The notes beneath the pieces were generated by a model. That model did no database searches, had not been told where the DNA came from, and saw only the letters and a program-made list of their open reading frames with translations. DNA of 64,000 nt from Paragordius varius (Eukaryota > Animalia > Nematomorpha): contig OZ176051.1 of NCBI GenBank assembly GCA_964247055.1, positions 15,066,001 to 15,130,000 of the forward strand, given 5' to 3'. This document shows, piece by piece, positions 52,692 to 64,000 of the stretch; position 1 is the first letter of the stretch; each line of letters starts with the position of its first letter. Both the position numbers and the translations under genes were made by a program.

Positions 52692-54452
52692 ATGATTGCC
52701 CTATCCTCTCTTTTGACCTTCTTTATCGTTTCTATCGCCATGTCCGATTGCAGATTGCTTAAAGGGAGAAACCAGCAACATTGGTAATATATATTTTTAA
52801 ATTACCATATATTATTAGTTAACAAAGGATACTAATAAGTTCAAGATATTTACCAAATTATATTAAATCTAATTGATATAAATCAAATATTTTGCCTAAT
52901 GTTTATCAGAATGCAGAGTTACACAGGCAGCAGATATGGGTGTACAAAATTTGAGACTTTGCTTGTCTGGATTTAGCATTGGGTCTCGACCTCATTATTC
53001 TGTGATGGCTTCTTTCGATGAACCTAACCGATTAAACAAAAATCCAATGGTGTATTCCTACCAACTTTGGCCTTATTACAATGCAACTTCCTTGTTTGAA
53101 GCTTATGGTCCCACATGGGCTAATGCTTTACATGTAAAATAATTTATTTGTCTTTGTAAGACATAATATTACCGTTTTCGTATATTTATACAGGCTAAGC
53201 ATTTTGAGTTGCCGAGATTGGTACCACAGCAAGAGTACATGTTAAAGGTATCAGCTTCACAAAAAAATATTTCACGAGGATCTTTTGCAGATTTCTTGCA
53301 ATTTAAAGGTATTTCGCAGTAGTTTACACATATATGCCATTTACGTTTAAATTGAGCTATTAATACATATCACCCTTTGCTCTTAATAATTATAATTGAT
53401 ACTTAACGTTAATCACCAATTATACGTTCGTAAGCCTAACACTTTATTATCTTTATGGTAGTTTTTTACTCCCAGAGAGAATAAATAATTATATAGATTT
53501 TTATATTGGTCTGAATTTAAAAAGCATTCTTTAGCCTTGGGAGGGCGCATAAAAAAATTTCCGAATAACTTAAAAATATAAAAAGATACCTGGCAATTCA
53601 TTTCGCCGTCATTTTTTCGTTGCAATTTTCAACAACGGGCAAAATAGTGTACACTGTTTAGAGATCAATGTTTGAAAATTAAATGTTAATCAAAATCAAA
53701 CAATAGAATATATTAAGTTTAAGCTATATACAAAACTAACCTAATGAGGTTGTTAATGAATTAACCACCTTAAATGGTTTAAAATAATCGCGACATAAAA
53801 ATAATTTATATAATCCTGATTGGAAAGTTTAGCTAAAAAATTTATTTATGGGCTATAAAGGTCAAAGTGTGATTCATATGTCTTTAAGGCTGAATTTAAA
53901 ATGTCAATGTTTATTTTCTATCATCCCTTCTTTTTTAGTGTCAGTGAATGGAAATGATTATAAACTTGAACAGCATGGTATGAAATTTTTCTTTATATAC
54001 CACTAATTAAATTTATTCTTAACTAATACTGAATACTAAATAGACATTTCCAAATCTTTTGCTAAAATTGTTCGAGCTACCACTACTTTTACTAATGAAG
54101 GCCGCACTAAAGATTTATTTGTATATATTGAACCCCTTTCCGAACATTTTGCCAAGGCTTATGGGATTGAAAATTTGGATATCATATTAAGTCGCCCAGA
54201 TGTAGAAGGAGAAAAGGCTCGACATGGGACTCTTGGTGTAAGTATTTACAACAGAATTTTTTATATTAGCAACATTTACTATAGATAGTAAATTTTTATA
54301 TAAAATAGTTAAAAAGCAGAATGTATCGGTTTTCCAACTTGAATCCAAGCTCTGAATATGAAGTCATCATTCGTCCTATATATAAAAATGGGGCTCATGC
54401 TTCAACAGAATACCTCTCTCACCGGATCTATGTAGATTTGGCTCAATGTTAA
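52692..54452 (+). CDS. Six-exon gene for a ~268-aa secreted protein with two FN3-like domains (1-nt phase conflict at exon 1/2)
   Basis: Exons 52692-52783, 52910-53133, 53194-53308, 53939-53977, 54044-54237, 54309-54452. Signal MIALSSLLTFFIVSIAMS. FN3 signatures LPRLVPQQEYMLKVSA and FSNLNPSSEYEVIIRP. Total 808 nt, one base in excess. Confidence 0.75.
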
Positions 54453-55249
54453 ATTCCTATTTGTTTAGATTTCACTGTTCAGTTATCAAAAGTTGTAGTT
54501 TTTCTCAAATTTTAGCCAATATATCTATTATAATAAATGATTACTTATGAAAAATATTAGGAAGTTTATTATTTATTAACCAATAAAAAATACAATATAA
54601 ATATATGTGCAGTAATTTAAATTCTTGGGCAATTTACTATATTTCTATTCGTAATTGAATTTTTGGCTGAGAACTTAAATAAGCCTTCTATAATTGCCTT
54701 AACAAAATTGCTAAATGTCATAATAGATAAAAAAAAGTTTTTTTTTTAAATTGCATACCTTAAATTAATATTTAAGCAGCATAACAAAACTTATAAAAGT
54801 GTTTTTATGATCAGTAACATATTTAAGCTTGAGATATTAATAAGAAAGATTTGCTTGTTTTCAGATTTATGTAAGCAATTCAATTTGACCTGAATGATAA
54901 AACGAAAAAAATTTAATTTTATTCAGGGTTTATATGTATTCATTTTCGAATTTATTAAATAAAACTCAAACATTTGCTGAAATGAAATCAAGAAATTCAA
55001 ATATTAATATATTTCCTTTTACATCTTTAATATAATAACTTAATAAGGTACACCAATAAATTAGTTAGTTTAGTTTGATAAGTTCGCGATAAGGAATAAT
55101 AACACAAACGTACTAATATTAAATAATGCTTAAGCCCCAAAACGCATTTAGAGTGATATATTTGTTTATTTTCACCATATTATATATTTCTACACGGTGT
55201 TATTTGTGTAATATTTAAATCTTCAAAAATTTGTATAATAATAAATATA

Positions 55250-55700
55250 AAAATACGTAGCATTCACTCATTTGAGAGTGGTCATGCCCTCTTCTTCGCG
55301 AACATCCCTAACTTTTAAATCCAGCTTTTTAAATCTTTATAACATGGTTTAGAATCGTTTTGGTCAATATGACTCTTTGGACTTAAGACATATCATTTGC
55401 TGCATAATGCGAAACATGCCCTAACCCATGTCACTCCGTTTGCCATTGTCACTTATCCATCCCAGTTTTAAATTGCGTATATAGTTCTATATCTTTTTTC
55501 CTGACTTCACTCAGCCGAGTGATTAAAACGCGACTTATAACGCTATCTTTTTTAATCTCCCAATTTTGTGATTTTATATGGTCGGCTAAATAACAGCATT
55601 AATTTAACTTCCGGGATCAAGATTAATATTCCTGTCACAAATTACATTAGATAGTTTTATGAACAATATACACTGCGTATAAAATGGCTATATATCCTGA
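55250..55700 (-). mobile_element. 3' fragment of an RTE-like LINE
   Basis: Minus strand NYIR...GLGHVSH...RRGH remnants. Confidence 0.45.
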
Positions 55701-55759
55701 TCATAATATATTTATTAACGTATCAGTATACTCTAGGTTTTGATTCTGGGACTTACGAG

Positions 55760-56970
55760 CAGAGGCGTAGCTTTCATTTTTGGCGCCCCCTCCATGCGAC
55801 CCTTTGCATTTTAAAAAAAAATTTAAATTTAAACAATGAGCGGGACGAAATGACTTACGTTTTGAACAGAAACAAATATGCACATTGGGTGCATACTTTA
55901 ACAACGACGGTTTGCTTGGCAGTATCAGTAATTAAACCAAAGATATTAGTTTCTGCGCAAGTTCGACTTTATATATAAATGTTGTATAAAAGCATTATGC
56001 AAACTGCATTCAAATGCGTAGCCCGACCAATTTTTCTTATTTAAACTATTGTACTATCCTACCCTTTGAGATTATATTAGAGAGCGAACGATTGGAATAA
56101 AACTCAAAATTATTAAGGTTTTATATAGTAAAAAATTTAAACCGGAACTGAAGGGTCTGGTTCCAAATCATTTTTCTTTCGGTTCCAGTTTCATTTTTTT
56201 AAATAAAGAACTTTTGATTCCAAAACCGTTGCACTATATTTTGATTAAAATATTTATTTTTTTCTGGGCCACATATAAAACTATAGAATGGCCATGAAAA
56301 CAAACAAAATTATTGTTCTAGATCACTTATCAATATATATTTAAAAAATATATTGTTGTTCATATGTTAAAAAACCTTATCTGTGCGGTACATTTTGAAT
56401 ATACTTGAAAATAGTGTATCAAAATAAATATATAATCATATTTGATACCTATTCAGTGGATAAGAAATATCTTATTTAATAAAATTAGAAGTAAGTTGCA
56501 ATTGAGCCAAAAGTTATTAGGGAAACAAAAAAATGAAAAACAAAAAATGAACTGCATAATATATGTAGATGTAGATGGTAATGCCCTAAATTAGGGAGAT
56601 AAAACAACATTTCTATTGGAATTCTTGTATCAATTTTAAATTTAATGAATTTTAACATAATGGGTGGCATTGAGCAAGCAATATATACAATTTTAAAAGA
56701 AAGTTAACATATAACTAAAAATGATCTAATCCTTATATCTGACACTTTGGTGATTTAAAGCAAATATAAGGTAAACTCCACGAAGAACAGGCGTAGAGAA
56801 AGGCAGGACCTTGAAAAATATAATAGCTATATGAAACAGATCATATGATGCAATAACTTTGACATTTTAGAGTAAAGTGTTAAAAATGATATAAATTAGA
56901 TTTGTTAAAAAATCACAAGTATATAAAATCACATAATATTTTTTATCGGTTTTATGTTTTCACCCTGGCT
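55760..56970. mobile_element. Second, right-truncated copy of the 42118-43820 hAT-like element
   Basis: CAGAGGCGTAGCTTTCATTTTTGGCGCC; shares AATGAGCGGGACGAA, AACGACGG and GAGCGAACGATTGGAA blocks. Confidence 0.7.
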
Positions 56971-58231
56971 TCAATAATCAAATAAAAATTACAATACATA
57001 AATATTTATATTTTAGATGTATACTAAATAATAGAGAATTGGAAAAATATTTGATTCTTTTATTTATTTCATTATGAGATATCGAACTAGTTAATAACAT
57101 GTGTTTGAAAACAAAGGTTAAAGAGCCAGTGTGTGAAAAGCATTAAATTTTAGTTAAATCGCATTTCTAAAATCCTACAATCCATTATTGATATATTATA
57201 TAAAATAAATATTTTTTTATATGAAATTTTGAAATAATAACATTTTAATTAGTGTAATCTATAAATCAAAGTCTTAGTCATTTTAAATATAAATTATGTA
57301 ATGAAATATCTATTAAAACAGCCGACTGCATAATTTTTCGGTTACTAGAATTATTGCAAAAAGTAATAATATTCTACATTTTTGACACAAAATGACACAT
57401 TGTGATTACAGAGTCAATTCCTGATAGCGAAAAAATCATACTCTTAATTTTTTTCGATTTGCAATAAACTTTTGTACCTATTAACGTTTTTACAATAATT
57501 ATACAATATGGTATAATTTTATATAATCACAAAGCATAAAAACATTTATTAACTATCATCTACATTTTATGATGAATAAATAAAATTACAAAAGAACGCA
57601 TAAAATTATTTTTTTGGTGATATGCAAAGTTATTTGGGAGTAAGCGACAAAGTTTCCACTTTGTTTTCCGTATCTGTAAACTGAATATAAAAAATATAGG
57701 CAAAATATTAAATGAGGGTTATTATTAAATGTGTGCTATTGAAACACTCGACCAAATAAAAATTATCTTTAAATTATTTTTAGTAAAATACCTAATTTAA
57801 ATGACTACCTATATAATTTGATAGGATTACAAAACTCCACACTTAATAAGAATTGTTTGAGAAATCATAATATAATAAAATTACTGCAATGGTCAACGGG
57901 TAAGGTCTTATAGTTGACTCCATCGTATATGAATTAGTGGATCGAATCCCTAAACGCATTAAATTAATGTTATTTTTTCAACGAAATAATCTTTTATAAA
58001 ACGACATATATTCAATTTTTGTACTTTCAAAATCTGGCGCTAAAGCAATATATAAGTCCAAATAGTTTTTGTGCATCAACACACAAATCAAATATTTATT
58101 TAAACAATATGTGAAACGTTAATATACATAAATTTACAGAATTCTTAGCAAGTTTTATATAACCTTTATTAAATTTTAAATTATACTAAACGTGATTATG
58201 TCTAAACTCTATATGTTAAAAAAATAAATTA

Positions 58232-59661
58232 TTACTTATTCTCAACATTTTCTATATATAAAAATTTTGTGTCAGAGGGCCCAACCATGGCTGTTTTTAA
58301 ATTTACAGATCAAAAATGATTATTGTTTAATCGATTTTAATTTAACTTACTTAACTTTCTGATAGGTTTCGCCGCTGGTGGGGGTGTTTCTCCAGCTTTC
58401 AGAATATAAGTATATTTATCTCTGGTAAAAGCTATTTTTTTATGAAAAAAACAATTAAGTATAAAAAATGTGATATGAGTAGTAGAAAAAATATTTTATT
58501 TTGTATAAATATAGCTGTTAAAAATTTTACGAAATCTTAATAAATTTGAAAGATAAACTTGCTGTGCCAGCAGGTAAGGTTAGGGAAATCGTTAAAACAC
58601 AACTACCGTCTACAGCCGAAATGGTGGTGCTGCCATTTTTATACAAAAAGCTTGCTGCTTTTGTTAATCGACTGCCATCTTTTACACAGGTGCCTTAAAA
58701 AAAATTATAAAATTGAAAATATAAATAAGTCAAGTTTTGGATCGGTTTGCACGTTTTGAAAGACCTTATTTTTTTGGATAAAATGAATACTCCCACCAAA
58801 TCGGTCCCGATAAATATGTATATTTTGATTCCAACAATTATATCTTGATGCTTTGGTTTTAGGGACAATAAGTTGGTAAATAATTAATTTTTATGGTAAA
58901 TGCTCGATATAGTAAAATCGCAAAATTATCACTCATTATTTAAATTTATGGTAAAATGTAAAGACTTTCAACTAAGAATTTGGATTGGAAAATATTAATT
59001 AATGCTGACATAATAAAAGATTTTGTAAAAAGGCTTGATTAGTTTTATATAAAATGTTGGTGAACCGTTTAAGGTATTATACGTAATAAGACTTAAGCGG
59101 TGGAACTCACCAAAAAAATTTGCAGGGCCAATATTTTTTGGGCACCAAATAACCCCGAAATTTTTTGCGCGCATATAAATCGCACTTAAAATGTCTCTTG
59201 TGGGATATTTATAATTTAACATAGATTGAAAACCCCCTAACAATGGTATACTATCGTTCGTAAGTGTTATTTAATATTCAATTCATATAAGACTACCCTC
59301 GAATACGGGGGTATGTAAAAAATCCTGATTAAATATAGATTCCTATATGAAAAAGTATTAGATAATCATTTTTTTGGCCCTAGGAGGGATTTAAGAAATA
59401 TTAAACTTTTGTGGTAACCATATAAAATGGATTAATTTGGGAAACATTTTGTTATATTTTTGGTAAATGCTTAATGCTTCATTCCAAAAAATAAATACCA
59501 TAAACTATATATAAAAAGCAAAACATACTTTTTAAAAAAATTATTAGATATTGTGCTAAGTCCGATTATGTTGTTCTAAAATTGGCTAGAAACCCACAAT
59601 GCATCTATGATTTTTTTTTTCAAAAAGGGTATACTTGTGACTTTAACACTTACCTGCCCAT
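58232..59661 (-). CDS. Unassigned multi-exon gene or pseudogene; middle exons unresolved
   Basis: GCCATGGGCAG|GTAAGT; phase-consistent exons giving IFYIPPYSRVV...LGGFQSMLNYKYPTRDI..., GTCVKDGSRLTKAASF...KFIKIS|DKYTYILKAGETPPPAAKPIRKL|TMVGPSDTKFLYIENVENK*. Confidence 0.4.
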
Positions 59662-59848
59662 GGCTGCCAATGATGTTAGAAAAATTGCGTAGTTTTGGGG
59701 TTAGAATTATGGCACGCAGTGTAAGAGTCCGGCGCCCTACTTACTATACAATCACGCCTATATTATATATAGGATTTATTAACATAAATTCCCCATCGCT
59801 TATTTGACGACGAGATTGAGAAAATTTTACTGAAGGATATGACTATAC

Positions 59849-61495
59849 CATGGCTTCTTCTTTTGTAGTTCCCGACCCCATTTATGATTGCGAATTTCTT
59901 AACAACCACAACAAATATAAAAAAATTCGTTGAAATAACACTTAGAAATTTTGTGGATAATATTTATCAGGGTTGTTTCGGTTTTGAGAGATTGACAAAA
60001 ATAAATCTACATTTTTTATAAATTTTTATAACATTTTCTGATTTATAGTAAATTTATACAAGATACTAGCAGGCCCTTTCACGCTTCGGTGTGGCGTCGT
60101 CTCTTTGATCATTATTTAATTTGCAATAAATAGAGTTAATGTACATAAAAAAATAATAATAAACATATTTAATAGAAAGAATGTCTTAATTATTCTTCTA
60201 CGGGTTTTTGCGCAGGCTGAAATATTTTACTCGAAATTGACCATATTTAATCTGTCCCTTCTTAAAGTTAATAGTCAACTATCATTGGATTTATTTTAAA
60301 ATTTTCGTTTTACGAAATCATGGTTAAAAGTTCTATTTTGAAATTGTGTTCATACATCTGGGATCAAGGGATATAAAAAGTAAATTATTTGTGGTCTTTT
60401 TTTAAAGGAAAGAGTAATATTATATGAATTCCCCAGAAATGTGTTTAACTGAACTCGTATGTCTTCTTTAGTTATTTGAAAATTAGCTCCAAAACTACGC
60501 CTATTTTGTATGGCGTCTCAGTTTTAAACCGGTAGACCTCTACCCGACTTATATAAAAGGCGCTGAGTTAATTCTTTGCCTTTATAGGACAAATATTCGG
60601 AATCATCTTTGATACCATCGTCTCATGAGTTATTCGAAAAAATACCTCAACACTAAATAATCGTTATATAATGGCGTTTTGGGGTTTAAAAGCCCCAAAT
60701 TAACGGCTAATTAAAGAACCCGACCTTAATTTTTACCTAGTTACGGAAAATATTAAGCTTTTAATGAGCACATATGGCTTCATAAATTTTCTGTAAATTA
60801 GCTTCAAAACAATGCAATTTCTATATAGTGGCGCTTTAGCGGCTATCTGTTTAACCAGCAGACATTTTCAAAAACACGAGAGAAAATTTTCTTTTAATAG
60901 AAAATAACTCGAATCCTCAGTAAATTTAACGGTCTCATAGCCTAAAAAATATTTAGTTTTTTAAAAAAATGGCATTTTACGGGGGGACCGGGTAAAAAGA
61001 AAGCCTAAATTAAAAAAGTAAGCCGACTAGGTTCGCGCAATCGATCATAATTAGAGCAAATCATATTTGAAATCGATTGATCCAACCGGAAAAATGTCTC
61101 AAAGACAATTCTAAACTTCTGTTTTAAAAAAAACCCGTTTTTCACACGGGGTGGGCCCGAACTGGGGGCCTAATTCAAAAAAGGGCCAAGCTATTGTCGG
61201 CCATTCATTATTAATAATATTTTTTTGACATTTGGATTTGAATGGGACCGGTTTTACGGAAACAGATCATTAAGCCAGCATTTTTTATTTTTATAAATAT
61301 ATAGATAATGATCGGAATAGAAATGCTGGTATAAACAGTCTTTCTGAACCAGAAAATTTTATGATATATTTATCTACGATGATTGTTATTTTTCTTACAA
61401 TAATTTTACAAATTAAAAAACATTTTTTTGTTAAATTGTATTTTTATCACTCGCGACCCCAAATGGGGTCGCGACCCATAGTTTAAGAAGCCCTG
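59849..61495. mobile_element. Non-autonomous Buster-type hAT with perfect 8-bp TSD
   Basis: GACTATAC|CATGGCTTCTT ... AAGAAGCCCTG|GACTATAC. The TSD has the central TA typical of Buster. The left end is homologous to 14101. Confidence 0.9.
60065..61306. mobile_element. Possible non-autonomous Helitron-like insert nested in the Buster element
   Basis: Starts ACTAGCAGGCCC...CACGCTTCGGTGTGGC and ends TTTTTATAAATATATAGAT, resembling ends I associate with small arthropod Helitron-like repeats. Confidence 0.35.
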
Positions 61496-62519
61496 GACTA
61501 TACTAATGAGTAGGTTTAATATATATGACAAAAGACTTAAGATTTCCATTAATGTTGATATTTAAGAGATATTTTTAATTTGAGCGGGATTTCGAATAAT
61601 TATTAAAATTTAACAATAATAATATATCCGAATATATGATGCTTTTTTCCGATTTTTATCGTCAAGTTTTTTTTCCAAACCAAAATTCTGTGTTCACCGC
61701 AAGATTTCAGTTTGCTCGTTTGTTTATAAATCATAAAACTTTTTTCAAGGGTTCAAAATTTGCGGAAAAGCACCACACAGCTTTTTATGTTTCGTCAATT
61801 AATTTTCTTAAATCCAAAAGAATCGGTATCCGAAGAGCGACAATAATAATGAATGCAAAAATGATAAGAATAATGGCAGAATGGCAAATGTGTTAATTTG
61901 GTGAGAATAATGTCCCGCATTCGGTAACTTGGTCACATTTGTTAAAAATCCTTTCCAAGCCATGGCCCATAGAACTCATTATAAAGATAATATAACGCTA
62001 ACAGTAAGTGAGGCAGACAAATTAATATTAACATAATGAGAAATAGCCGAGTGTATGGTTTTAGATATTGAAGCTGCTACTTTTTTGATCAGTAAAATAT
62101 AGGAAACGGTGAGAGATCCATTACTAGAATGTGGGTCAGGTCTATGAAAACAACCCAATTAACTCTTTAGGAAAGCCCTATCAAGGTATCGATAGATAAT
62201 GTGACAAAGGAGTTGGAAGGTTAGGTTATGGCAGAAGCGCCTGCCGTTATTTGGTTGTGGTGGGATCAAAATCAAATATTTTTCCTGGGTCGTTAAACAT
62301 TAAATATAATACACTGTATCCCAAATCGCCAAGCACAAAAAGTAGCCTAGGAACCTATTTATTTTGATAATGTATCAGGATTCTGATACTTTCAGTGCAC
62401 ATTTTTAATAAAATATTTTTTGGTAATAAATTCGTTGCTCCAAAAAATATTATTAAAATATATGATATAATATATTTTGAAAAGCAAAACAATACTTTAA
62501 TAAAATTTAATATTTAGAT

Positions 62520-63620
62520 GTGGACTCCGAAAGTCCCTTTCTAAAATGGGTTTGTCATATAATTTTATTATATGCTAGATTATGGCATCAAAACATATTT
62601 CTTTGAAAAATTCATAATTTGTTTTATACGTACTATCTACGATTTTGAGGCATGATGGAATTATAAGAGAACTGCATATTATAAAAACACTTATTGTATA
62701 ATGGTTCTGAACATTAGCCATATTAATGAAAATATTCCTAAAAACTTTGTTTTATGTGAATTGTTTCATATATTCATACAAATTTAATAGCAAACTAACG
62801 TTTAAGTGTGAGGTAAATGAAACGTTCATCGAATTGTATAAAAAGTGTAATAATATAAAGTGTTTTTACAACGTTGACATTGAAAATATCATAACACTCG
62901 CTTCACCAAAATTTTGCTAATAAAATTTTTAAACATTTCGGAAAAACTTTTCTAACAAAATTTAACAGTCATAAATTTTTATAGCCCAATATCGGATCTT
63001 TGTCTTTTATTTTTTTGCTTATTTTCACGGCCTAAAGTGGAAATACCGTATAATTTTCACTTCTGCAACATTCATAGTATAAATATTTTTATACAATATT
63101 CTGAAAATATTTTATCGACTAATCTTTTATGGGTTCAAGCACAAAATTGGAATGAAACAGTAGCCCTATATCCAAATACAATATTCAGGCATAAAACTTC
63201 CTAAATCAAAGAAGTTGGTGAAGTTTGTATTCATATTGTAAAAATATTTATATATTGTACGTTTCAAAATATACCACTTCCGCTTTGCAAACACACAAAA
63301 AATGCTGCATATACGAAATTGGGATGTATAAAAAATTGTGAATATATGTTTTTTAGTGACCCGTAAGAATCGGAACCAAAAGGACCATGAGAATAACATC
63401 AAAATATATTTATCAGAGAATATGTATTCTGTGGTACTTTTAAAATCGAATCGAAAGATTAGTGCGCATTATACCAAGTAAAATGTTTAAAAGCCGACGC
63501 TTCATCCAAAAAATAATTTAAAATTATGTTATACTATATTTAGTAGCAAATTTTAAATTAAAAGAACGTAGAAAGCCGAAATGGCGCTGAAATTTTATAA
63601 ATGACAGATGACATAAAAAA
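62520..63620 (-). pseudogene. Possible third, heavily decayed GPCR remnant
   Basis: Broken hydrophobic frames WYNAH, YCFIPILCLN and LNVSLLLNLYEY...NKVFRNIF in GPCR-like order. Confidence 0.28.
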
Positions 63621-64000
63621 TTGATCATTAAAATATTTACTTGCTTAAATAACAAAGTTAAATTTTGTTTACGTTATTTTTGGGGTATTTTGAAACTCCT
63701 TAGAAACATTATTAAACATTAAGATTTAAATACACTTTCTATAATTAGATGCTGCTAACTTTTATAATTTAATGATATTAGGCGAAAATTCGTGCGACAA
63801 CAGGAACATACATTGTGTTTTTTAGATAAAATTTTTTAATTTAAAGGTAAACAATTAACTAAAAATATCTTTTGACACCAAAGTTTAGCTAAATTATCTA
63901 ATGGGTTTCGCCACCATGCTTCATTTTACCTTTTAAAAATATATTTTGATATGTAGCATATATATAAAATTGTTATGGCACAATTACGTTTATTATATAA

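Larger units (their letters stand above)
59690..62470 (-). pseudogene. Rhodopsin-class GPCR pseudogene interrupted in TM7 by a hAT insertion
   Basis: YFLCLAIWD (TM2), SNSFVTLSIDTLIGLS*R (TM3), LIMLILICLPHLL (TM4), TFAILPLFLSFL (TM5). LMEILSLLSYILNLLISIV|ISFSKIF reads through once the insertion and one TSD are removed. Many stops. Confidence 0.6.

Noticed and set aside
57885-57955. tRNA gene or SINE head (A-box-like TGGTCAACGGG, B-box-like GGATCGAATCC)
   Set aside because: No convincing cloverleaf or acceptor stem and no second copy in the window.

Overview
AT-rich (roughly 70-75%) intron-containing invertebrate animal DNA; species cannot be fixed from sequence. Most of the window is transposable elements: nested RTE-like LINEs, a Mag-type Ty3/Gypsy element with 5-bp TSD, hAT elements (Tip100-like, Buster), a Chapaev3/CACTA-type MITE and many small foldback MITEs. 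The most striking structure is a foldback-like transposon family present three times (6886-8348, 47520-48945, 49246-51778). It has TA target duplications and 330-530 bp terminal inverted arms built from polarised 21-bp tandem arrays. The third copy carries an IS630/Tc1 DD34E transposase whose five frameshifts are all single-base losses in homopolymers, so it may be intact in vivo. The two non-autonomous copies carry a captured hAT end. Between the TEs lie spliced genes the ORF track misses: a probably catalytically dead neprilysin (M13)-like gene, three secreted-protein genes (237 aa, 446 aa, and a ~268-aa double-FN3 protein), a possible small peptide precursor, an unassigned gene, and two to three rhodopsin-class GPCR genes or pseudogenes. 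The IDWENVS and LTGKTFR ORFs are translation artefacts of the 21-bp arrays. All gene models, family calls and translations were made by eye; no searches were run.
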